Positions 7,552 to 14,609 of a stretch of DNA of 14,609 nucleotides are shown here, piece by piece. A program made the position numbers and the translations under genes. The notes beneath the pieces are model-generated. The model saw only the letters and a list, made by a program, of their open reading frames with translations, was not told the DNA's origin and made no database searches. The stretch spans positions 1 to 14,609 of the forward strand of contig JBEPZV010000058.1 in NCBI GenBank assembly GCA_041640655.1, written 5' to 3'. Numbering within the stretch: the stretch's first letter is position 1; each line of letters begins with the position of its first letter. The DNA comes from a bacterium (lineage in GTDB: Bacteria; Acidobacteriota; Blastocatellia; HR10).

Positions 7552-8592
7552 TCACGCGAGCGCGAGCATGCGCGCCAGAGCGCCTCGGGCGCGCTCGGCG
7601 ATCTCCTCCGGGACACGGATCGGATGGACCAGCTCTTTGAGCGCGCGCAGGACCTTGGGCAAGGTCGTGCACTTCATGTATTCGCAGAGCGCATCGTCCG
7701 AGACCGGGTAGAACGTGCGGTCGGGATAGAGCACGCGCAACCGGTAGACCATCCCCTTCTCGGTCGCCACGAGGAAGGTCTTCGCCTTCGAGGTCTCAAT
7801 ATGCCGCACCATGCCTTCGGTCGAGAGGAAGTAGGCATTGCGCGGGAGGTGGCCCGCGACCGCGCGCGCTAGGCAGGTCGTCGCGCAGCCGCATTCGGGG
7901 TGGATCAGGATCTCGGCATCAGGGTGTTCGTCCAGGGCCCGTTCGATCGCCGTCTCCGCGATCTTCGCGTGGACGTGGCATTGGCCGGGCCACAGTGTGA
8001 GGGGACGTCGCGTGAGACCGCTGACGACCGCCCCCAGGTATTTATCCGGCACGAACAGGATCTCCCGATCTTCGGGGATCGCCTCGATGACCTTCTGCGC
8101 GTTGCGCGAGGTGCAACAGTAATCCGAGAGCGCTTTGACGTCGGCCGTGGAGTTCACATAGGTGACGACGACAGCGTGGGGATGGCGCTCTCGCCATGCT
8201 GCCAGTTGCGGAGCCGTCACGCAGGCGGCCAGGGAGCACCCCGCCTCCAGATCGGGCAAGAGCACGAGCTTATCAGGGCAGAGGATCGCCGCCGTCTCGG
8301 CCATGAAATGCACGCCACAGAAGACGATCACACGCGCTTCAGTTTGGGCAGCGTGTTGGCTGAGCCCCAGCGAATCGCCGATGAAGTCGGCGATCTCCTG
8401 AACCTCGGGGAATTGGTAATTGTGGGCGAGGATGACGGCGTGACGCTTCTCCTTCCACTCGAGGATCTCATTGGCCAGTTCGGCCAGTTCCTCGCAGAAG
8501 CTCAGGTTCTCATACCGTCCGGGGTAGAGGTCCGCCGCATAGCGCGTGAACCGTTCGTAGAATGTCCGACCATCGAAGCGCTTCGTCTTCAT
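7552..8592 (-). CDS. nadA: Quinolinate synthase A, [4Fe-4S]
   Basis: VILAHNYQ, GDSLGLS, FCGVHFMAETA, YVNS, HPEC, STEGM; three cluster cysteines in AGCSLA, CHVH and CEYMK; SD GAGGAG upstream of the ATG. Confidence 0.97.
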   Translation of the reverse strand: MKTKRFDGRTFYERFTRYAADLYPGRYENLSFCEELAELANEILEWKEKRHAVILAHNYQFPEVQEIADFIGDSLGLSQHAAQTEARVIVFCGVHFMAETAAILCPDKLVLLPDLEAGCSLAACVTAPQLAAWRERHPHAVVVTYVNSTADVKALSDYCCTSRNAQKVIEAIPEDREILFVPDKYLGAVVSGLTRRPLTLWPGQCHVHAKIAETAIERALDEHPDAEILIHPECGCATTCLARAVAGHLPRNAYFLSTEGMVRHIETSKAKTFLVATEKGMVYRLRVLYPDRTFYPVSDDALCEYMKCTTLPKVLRALKELVHPIRVPEEIAERARGALARMLALA

Positions 8593-8616
8593 CGCGTTGA
8601 CTCCTCAGAGACGAAG

Positions 8617-8625
8617 ATTTTACCA
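8617..8625 (-). promoter_or_regulatory. Extended -10 promoter candidate for nadA
   Basis: Minus strand TGgTAAAAT about 25 nt before the ATG and downstream of the upstream operon's terminator; no good -35. Confidence 0.5.
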
Positions 8626-8676
8626 GACCCGCCTTGCGCTCGCGAGCCGCGGAAGGTGGCCGGCGTGAAGGGAACG

Positions 8677-8713
8677 AAAAGCGTGCGGCGCCCATTGCGC
8701 TGAGCGCCGCACG
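8677..8713 (-). terminator. Intrinsic terminator of the peptidase unit
   Basis: Minus strand CGTGCGGCGCTCA gcgcaa TGGGCGCCGCACG cTTTT: 13 bp with one G-U, followed by a U-rich tail, about 40 nt after the peptidase stop. Confidence 0.8.
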
Positions 8714-8752
8714 AGCTCGGAGGAAGTGCCCGCCTTCGTTGCGACGATACGA

Positions 8753-10867
8753 TCAGCTCTCCGGGATGCGGACGCCGAGTTGCCAGAGGAGGAAGCTCAG
8801 CTCATCGGTCAGATCCTCGATCTGCTTGCTGAGCGGCAATCCTCCCGAGTGACCGGCTTTCGTGTCATACCGAAGGAGGATGGGGCGATCCGACGCCGTC
8901 GCCGCTTGGAGTCGCGCCGCCATCTTCCGCGCATGCAGCGGATCCACGCGCGTATCCGCGTCGCCGGTGATGAAGAGGACGGCCGGATAGCGCGTGCCGG
9001 GTTTCACGCGGTGATACGGAGAGTAGGCGAGCAGGTACTTGAACTGTTCCGGATCGTCCGAGGAGCCGTACTCCGGGATCCAGAAGCGCGCGACCAGGAA
9101 CCGATGGTATCGGATCATATCGAGCAATGGATACGAGCAGACGACGGCGGCGAACAGATCCGGGCGTTGCGTGAGCGCCGCCCCGACGAGCAGTCCGCCG
9201 TTACTGCCCCCGGAGATGGCCAAGCGCGAGGGATTCGTATACCCATTCTTGATGAGCCACTCGGCAGCGGCCAGGAAGTCGTCGAAGACGTTCTGCTTCC
9301 TCTCCAGCATCCCCGCGCGGTGCCACTCTTCGCCGAATTCGCCACCGCCGCGCAAGTTCGGCAGGGCATACACGCCTCCCAGCTCCATCCACAGGACGGC
9401 GCGCGCGGAGAAGCCGGGCAGCATGCTCACGTTGAACCCACCATATCCGGTGAGGAGCGTCGGATTCGAGCCGTCGAGCTTCACTCCGCGCGCATGGGCG
9501 ATGAACATCGGGATGCGCGTTCGGTCGCGCGACTCGTACCAGACCTGTTTGACCTCGAACTGCTCGCTGCGGATCGGCACCTTCAATGCGGCCCACACCT
9601 CTGAGGTCCTCGTGTTCACGTCATAGCGATAGATCGTCGTCGGGATGTGGAAGGAGGAGAACGCGTAGAAGACCTCTGGGCTCTCCCAGCGCCCCCTCAG
9701 GCCGCTGACCGAGCCGATGGCCGGCAACGGGATCTCCTCGAGGAACTTCCCCTGGGGGTCGAACATTCGCACGCGCGCTTGAACGTTCTCCAGGACGTTC
9801 ACCGCGACTCGCCCGCCGACCAGAGCGAAACCAGTGATCACGGCCAAAGAGTGGGGAATGACCTCGCGCCATTGGTCTCGGGCCGTCGCCTTGCGCACAT
9901 CCACGGCGAGGAGGCGGCCTCGCGGGGCATTCCAGTCCGTCAGTAGATAGAGCGTGTCTCCGGCAATTTGTCCGCTGAATCGCGCCTCGATGTCGTTGAC
10001 GACCGGCAGGATGGCGCCATCGCGCGCCACGTCGGAGAGGTAGATCTCCGTTCGTCGGGCGCCGGCGCCGTGCGAGACCGTGAAGAGCGCGTATCGTCCG
10101 TCCTCTGAGAGCGTGACCGTGATGATCTTATCCACGCCATAGCCTCGGCCGAAGATCTCCCGATCGCGCGCCGGGTCATCGCCGCGCCGATGGAAGTAGA
10201 CGCGCGGGCCCTCCGCCGTGTGCCGCGCGTAGTAGAAGCCACTCTTGTCGGAGGTGAACGAGAGGCTGAAATATCGCCCTTTTGGGAGAGCATCGGGGAG
10301 ATCGCGACGAGCTTCGACGTCGAAGAGACGGACGATGATCTCGTCCTCCCCACCCTGACGCACGCCATAGGCGAGCAGGGTCCCATCATCGGAGACGTCC
10401 AACAACGTCACGCTCGTCGTGTGATCCGGGCTCCAGGGATGCGGATCAATCAAAACTTCGTCCGGTCCCTGACGCCCCCTCCGCATGTAGATCACAAATT
10501 GCTCTTGATCCGCGCGCCGCTTGGTGAAGAAATATCGCCCACCGCGTTCGATGGGGAGCCCCACGGCGTCCACTTTCATCAGCTCCGTGAGGCGTCGTCG
10601 AATGCGCTCGCGCCCGGCGACGGCATCGAGCAACGTGCGCGTGTAGGCATTCTGCTCATCAATCCACGCGCGGGTCTTCGGGCTCCATTGGTCTTCGAGC
10701 CAGCGATACGGATCCACGAGCTCGACCCCGTGCAGGACCTCCTTGACGTCCTCCATCGGGGTCTGTGGAGGCTTTCGAGAGAGTTGCGTCCCTCTCCCGA
10801 TCGGGGGAAGGACGCTAAGGAGCAAGAGAAGGATGAGTTCGAGCCATCGAACCCTCACGTTTCGCAT
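8753..10867 (-). CDS. Prolyl oligopeptidase (S9A), exported
   Basis: Signal-peptide-like N-terminus; DPYRWLED; GYGGFN; NLRGGGEFG; catalytic GGSNGG, Asp in ADTRV, His in AGHSGG; SD GGAGGA. Confidence 0.95.
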   Translation of the reverse strand: MRNVRVRWLELILLLLLSVLPPIGRGTQLSRKPPQTPMEDVKEVLHGVELVDPYRWLEDQWSPKTRAWIDEQNAYTRTLLDAVAGRERIRRRLTELMKVDAVGLPIERGGRYFFTKRRADQEQFVIYMRRGRQGPDEVLIDPHPWSPDHTTSVTLLDVSDDGTLLAYGVRQGGEDEIIVRLFDVEARRDLPDALPKGRYFSLSFTSDKSGFYYARHTAEGPRVYFHRRGDDPARDREIFGRGYGVDKIITVTLSEDGRYALFTVSHGAGARRTEIYLSDVARDGAILPVVNDIEARFSGQIAGDTLYLLTDWNAPRGRLLAVDVRKATARDQWREVIPHSLAVITGFALVGGRVAVNVLENVQARVRMFDPQGKFLEEIPLPAIGSVSGLRGRWESPEVFYAFSSFHIPTTIYRYDVNTRTSEVWAALKVPIRSEQFEVKQVWYESRDRTRIPMFIAHARGVKLDGSNPTLLTGYGGFNVSMLPGFSARAVLWMELGGVYALPNLRGGGEFGEEWHRAGMLERKQNVFDDFLAAAEWLIKNGYTNPSRLAISGGSNGGLLVGAALTQRPDLFAAVVCSYPLLDMIRYHRFLVARFWIPEYGSSDDPEQFKYLLAYSPYHRVKPGTRYPAVLFITGDADTRVDPLHARKMAARLQAATASDRPILLRYDTKAGHSGGLPLSKQIEDLTDELSFLLWQLGVRIPES

Positions 10868-10956
10868 CGCGATTCCTCCGTAGACGGCTCTTGGAGAGGC
10901 TCACGTGGCGCCCCGGTCGAAGAGCCGAGTCCCCACGTGAGCCGATGTCGAAAGGT

Positions 10957-13041
10957 TCATCGTCCCGTTCGAGCGCGTCCGGCCTCCTGTCCTGAGCCCT
11001 CGATCGGGACATCTTTATCCTGGCGCTTGTGCTTCTCGAACCACGCGAGCAGGTAGAGTTGCTGCGCCAACTGGTGCGACGGGCGGCGCCAGCCATGATA
11101 CTCCTCGGGCATGCGGATGAGGAGCGTCTCCTTCTTGAGCATCTTCAGCGCGCGGTAGAACTCCTCGCTCTGCCCGATGGGCGTGCGCAGGTCCGCTTCA
11201 CCGGTCATGATCATCGTCGGCGTCTTCACGTTGGCGACATAGTGCAGCGGGGATCGGAGGGCGTACTCCATCGGGTCCTCCCATGGGAACTTCCGGAACT
11301 GGGAGTACCAATTCGGGCCGTCGGTGGTGCCCACGAACGAATGCCAGTTGATGACCGGGCGCATGGAGACGGCCGCTGCGAAGCGATCCGTGTGACCGAC
11401 GATCCAGGCCGTGAGGACACCGCCACCGCTGCCGCCGCAGACGAAGAGGTTGCGCTCATCAATCCAGCCTTTGGCGAGCGCTGCGTCCACGCCCGCCATC
11501 AGGTCATCGTAATCCTTGCCCGGGTATGCGTATTGGATGCCATTGACGAAGTCTTGACCGTAACCCGTGCTCCCTCGCGGATTCGTGTAGAGCACGGCAT
11601 AGCCATTAGCCGCGAAATTCTGGAAGGCCCAATTGAAGCCGACGTTGTACATCGCCCACGGCCCTCCATGAATCCAGAGCACCATGGGGTATTTCTTGGT
11701 CGGGTCGAATTCGGCGGGTTTGATCAGCCAGCCTTGAATCTTCCATCCGTCCGTCGAGGTGAACCACAACTCCTCAACGTCGCCGAGCTTCACCCCCGCC
11801 AGCACGTCTTCGTTGACGTCCACGAGCTTCCGGATGTTCGCCGGATCGCGGAGATTGAAGGTGACGAGCACCCCTGGTTCCTTGAACGTCGAGCGCACGG
11901 TGGCCACCTGTCCGTTCTTGGCCAGGGAGAAGCCCGAGAGGACATGCGTGCCCTCCAGGACCTTGCGCACTTTTCCATCGAGCGAGGCGAAGTAGACGCC
12001 CGTCGTCCCTTTCTCTCCCACGAGGAAGTAGATGCCCGAGCCATCGGGCGCCCAGGTCACGTTGGTCGGTGAGCTGGGGAGGTTCTCGGCGAGGACGCGC
12101 TTGTTGCCCCCATCTTTGTCCATCAGATAGAGGCTCGAAATGTGGAAGGTGTACCCTTTCTCGTCGTAGCCCGTGTAGGCGATCCACCGTCCGTCGGGAG
12201 AGACTGTCGGATTCGTATCCGGGCCGCGTCGGTCGGTGAGGGGACGGATGTCGAGCGTCTGAAGGTCAACGGCATAGATCTCAGTGTCTCCTCGCAGATA
12301 CTCCCAATCGGGCTTGCGAATCGCCGAGACGTAGATCGTCCGACCATCGGCCGACCACTCGGGATCCGTGTGGTTGTACTTGCCGCTGGTGATCTGACGA
12401 GGGGTGCCGCCGAGCGTCGCGTCAACGACGAAGACTTGTGTGTAGCCGCGTGGGAGCAGGCCCTGGCCGTCACGCGCCCAGGTGAGCCGATCCACGACGA
12501 TGGCCGGTCGCGCCCATTGTGCCCCGGCCGGTCGCTCGGGCAGCTTGATCGGCAGGATGGGATCATTGTCGGGGACGAGCATGGTGAAGGCCAGGTACTT
12601 TCCATCGGGCGACCACCGCAGATCGCTCGGAGCCCGCTCCAGACGGGTCAGTTGGGCGACCTCGCGCGTGTCCACCCACATCACGTGGATCTGCGTCGTG
12701 CCATCTCGGTTCGAGAGGAAGGCGACGCGCTTCCCATCCGGGGACCAGACTGGCGAGCTGTCGCGCCAATTCCCCGAGGTCAACTCGCGCACGCGCGTCC
12801 CCGCGACGTCAACGATCCAGAGATTACTGTTGTACTCATCCCGCATCTTGTTGACCCACGTGCGGGTGAAGATGATCTGCTGGCCGTCGGGGGAGATGGC
12901 GGGATTCCCGACGGATTCCATCTCCATGAAGGTCTCCTTGTCCAGCAGCTTGACCTTCTGTTGACCGAGTACTGGGGCGATGGCGCTCATCAGCCCCAGC
13001 ATGAGCGTGAGGACGACGATTCGGCGAAAGGTGTGTGTCAT
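10957..13041 (-). CDS. S9 peptidase (acylaminoacyl/dipeptidyl peptidase-like, PD40 beta-propeller), exported, 694 aa
   Basis: Start moved to MTHTFRR (ATG 13041, SD GGAGGAG); hydrophobic signal peptide; repeated SPDG blades; IHGGP, NPRGSTGYG, nucleophile GGSGGG, Asp in EADLRT, His in EYHG. Confidence 0.93.
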   Translation of the reverse strand: MTHTFRRIVVLTLMLGLMSAIAPVLGQQKVKLLDKETFMEMESVGNPAISPDGQQIIFTRTWVNKMRDEYNSNLWIVDVAGTRVRELTSGNWRDSSPVWSPDGKRVAFLSNRDGTTQIHVMWVDTREVAQLTRLERAPSDLRWSPDGKYLAFTMLVPDNDPILPIKLPERPAGAQWARPAIVVDRLTWARDGQGLLPRGYTQVFVVDATLGGTPRQITSGKYNHTDPEWSADGRTIYVSAIRKPDWEYLRGDTEIYAVDLQTLDIRPLTDRRGPDTNPTVSPDGRWIAYTGYDEKGYTFHISSLYLMDKDGGNKRVLAENLPSSPTNVTWAPDGSGIYFLVGEKGTTGVYFASLDGKVRKVLEGTHVLSGFSLAKNGQVATVRSTFKEPGVLVTFNLRDPANIRKLVDVNEDVLAGVKLGDVEELWFTSTDGWKIQGWLIKPAEFDPTKKYPMVLWIHGGPWAMYNVGFNWAFQNFAANGYAVLYTNPRGSTGYGQDFVNGIQYAYPGKDYDDLMAGVDAALAKGWIDERNLFVCGGSGGGVLTAWIVGHTDRFAAAVSMRPVINWHSFVGTTDGPNWYSQFRKFPWEDPMEYALRSPLHYVANVKTPTMIMTGEADLRTPIGQSEEFYRALKMLKKETLLIRMPEEYHGWRRPSHQLAQQLYLLAWFEKHKRQDKDVPIEGSGQEAGRARTGR

Positions 13042-13119
13042 AAGCCTCTCCTCCAAAGCCTGGGCTGGACAGGTCCTGCGCATCGGGACTACGACCGAAG
13101 CCTCTGCTCCGGTTTCAGG

Positions 13120-14214
13120 TCAACGCACGCGGCCTCGGGCTGCGACGCGCCAGACCGCTTCCACCTGATCCCCGCGAATCCCATACACCTCATCGTGCAG
13201 GTTCATGACGGTGCAGACGTGGTTGGGGATGATCCTCAGCCGCTCCCCCACGCGATAGCGGCGCGAGGAGCGCGAGATGTCCAAGTGTCCGTGCTCCTCC
13301 GAGAGCGCCTCCACCTCGGCTTCCGGGTCCTCGCACACGAGACCGAAGCCGCGGCCGTCGCCGGCGCGGTACCGGTCTGTGGAGAAGGTCTTCGAGCCGC
13401 CATCCACGATAGCGCGGCCGGAGACGGAGGTGCTGACGACCGTCACCAGGATCGAGAGCGCGCAATCCTCGGGGCGGGCCACACCGAGGCCGACTATCGT
13501 GCGGTCATTGAAGATGTACATCCCGGGGCGAATCTCCGTCACGCCGAGGAATTCATGGGAGATGAAGGCCGTCGGCGTTGATCCCCCGCTCACGACGCCA
13601 ATTGAGAGGCCCGCGCGTTCGAAGGCGTCGTAAAAGCGTCGAAGGCGCGTGTTGGCGTCTTCAAGAAGCTGACGCCGTTCGGGTTCGGGAGCCATGAAGT
13701 GTCCGGGGTAGAACATCACACCGCGGAAGTCCACGTTCGGCAGCTCGTGAATGAGGCGGGCCAGAGCGACCGCCTCATCCGGCCGTTGCACACCGCAGCG
13801 ACGGAAGCCGATGTCCAACTCCACCAAAAGACCGATGCGCACGCCGCGCTCCTGCGCGCTGCGGGAGATGTCGCGCACGGCTTCTTCGGAATCCAGAGCG
13901 ACCATGAGCGACGCCCGTTCGGCCAGAGCCGCCAAGCGCGCTGCTTTCTCCCGCCCCAGGATGGGATAGGCGATCAAGACATCGGTGAGTCCCGCTTGGA
14001 TCATCACCTCGGCCTCGCCCAGCTTGGCGACGGTGATGCCCGAGGCGCCGCTGGCCATCTGCCGATGCGCCAATTCCGGGATCTTATGCGTCTTCGTGTG
14101 TGGGCGCAGCGCGAGCCCGTGCCGTCGGCAATATTCGGCCATGCGGGCGAGATTGCGTTCCATGACGTCCAGGTCAATGAGGACGGCGGGCGTCTCCAGC
14201 TCATGCACGCGCAT
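13120..14214 (-). CDS. DSD1-family fold-type III PLP enzyme (D-serine / D-threo-3-hydroxyaspartate dehydratase-like)
   Basis: LETPAVLID, PLP lysine in RPHTKTHK, RCGV, SGGSTPT, EIRPGMYIFND, DGGSKTFS, LSEEHG, metal motif PNHVC; purine-rich SD. Confidence 0.9.
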   Translation of the reverse strand: MRVHELETPAVLIDLDVMERNLARMAEYCRRHGLALRPHTKTHKIPELAHRQMASGASGITVAKLGEAEVMIQAGLTDVLIAYPILGREKAARLAALAERASLMVALDSEEAVRDISRSAQERGVRIGLLVELDIGFRRCGVQRPDEAVALARLIHELPNVDFRGVMFYPGHFMAPEPERRQLLEDANTRLRRFYDAFERAGLSIGVVSGGSTPTAFISHEFLGVTEIRPGMYIFNDRTIVGLGVARPEDCALSILVTVVSTSVSGRAIVDGGSKTFSTDRYRAGDGRGFGLVCEDPEAEVEALSEEHGHLDISRSSRRYRVGERLRIIPNHVCTVMNLHDEVYGIRGDQVEAVWRVAARGRVR

Positions 14215-14252
14215 CTCTCCCTCTCCCCGGCTCCGCGATCTGTGTCGGCGGA

Positions 14253-14282
14253 ATTCTAGAAAGGGGGACGCGGGCCTGTCAA
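14253..14282 (-). promoter_or_regulatory. Sigma70 promoter for the PLP enzyme-peptidase unit
   Basis: Minus strand TTGACA (14282-14277), 18-nt spacer, TAGAAT (14258-14253). Confidence 0.75.
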
Positions 14283-14311
14283 TTCCAGGGAGATCGCCCG
14301 CCTCCCCCGGC

Positions 14312-14340
14312 TTGCGCGACGGCGCGCCTCCCTCTAGTAT
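14312..14340 (+). promoter_or_regulatory. Possible sigma70 promoter for the divergent MBL gene
   Basis: TTGCGC (14312-14317), 17-nt spacer, TAGTAT (14335-14340). Confidence 0.45.
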
Positions 14341-14375
14341 TGACCCCGCATGACCAATGGCGCTGGAGGGAACGT

Positions 14376-14609
14376 ATGAAGGACGCCAGGCTCAAGACGC
14401 TCATCGCCATCCTTGCGATCACGTGGGGGGGTCTGGGCGCCTCTCGACTTCAGGAGGGGAATGTGGATGTTCTGCCCACTGATGAAGGGGAGGTGAAGAT
14501 CCGACCGATCACGCATGGGAGCCTGATGCTGGAGTTTCGGGGGAAGGTCATTCACATAGACCCGTGGAGTCGCGGGAACTACGCGGGCTTGCCGAAGGCC
14601 GACATCATC
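14376..14609 (+). CDS. MBL-fold metallo-hydrolase (UlaG/UPF0173-like) with signal peptide; 3'-truncated, absent from the ORF track
   Basis: SD GGAGG 14365-14369. My translation: MKDARLKTLIAILAITWGGLGASRLQEGNVDVLPTDEGEVKIRPITHGSLMLEFRGKVIHIDPWSRGNYAGLPKADII. HGSL..E..GK.IHIDP..KADII matches the MBL N-terminus; the HxHxDH motif would fall just beyond the window. Confidence 0.82.
   Translation, partial: MKDARLKTLIAILAITWGGLGASRLQEGNVDVLPTDEGEVKIRPITHGSLMLEFRGKVIHIDPWSRGNYAGLPKADII

Noticed and set aside
8593..8752. NAD+-I (nadA motif) riboswitch, known upstream of nadA in Acidobacteria
   Set aside because: I see no matching aptamer by eye; the region is explained by a terminator and a promoter leaving a very short leader. 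An Infernal search would be decisive.
10885..10943. HDV-like or pistol ribozyme reading of the pseudoknot
   Set aside because: The + strand topology loosely resembles HDV P1/P2, but P3 would be only 2 bp, the P1.1 GG and the catalytic C with following adenines are missing, and loop sizes do not fit pistol.
13015..13041. Twin-arginine (Tat) signal in MTHTFRRIVVL
   Set aside because: Poor match to S/T-R-R-x-F-L-K; an ordinary Sec signal peptide is sufficient.
1..14609. CRISPR array, IS/transposase, integrase, tRNA, rRNA or defence system
   Set aside because: No regularly spaced repeats, recombinase motifs or RNA gene signatures were seen; nearly all sequence is accounted for by metabolic, transport and peptidase genes.

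Overview
GC-rich bacterial chromosomal window; the Oar-like TonB-dependent receptor is of the kind expanded in Acidobacteriota, so that lineage is plausible but is an inference. In order: 5'-truncated TonB-dependent receptor (+); a ~450-bp intergenic region with a near-consensus sigma54 promoter, a candidate activator site and an IHF-like site; an unassigned 68-aa ORF; glnA (+); panB-panC (+) converging on nadA (-); a minus-strand unit of a DSD1-like PLP enzyme and two exported S9 peptidases; and the 5' end of a divergent exported MBL-fold hydrolase that the ORF track missed. I see no mobile element, CRISPR array, tRNA or rRNA. The two best leads are the small ORF in the slot where glnB often precedes glnA, and two interleaved perfect helices (pseudoknot or switch) ending 5 nt before the prolyl oligopeptidase Shine-Dalgarno.
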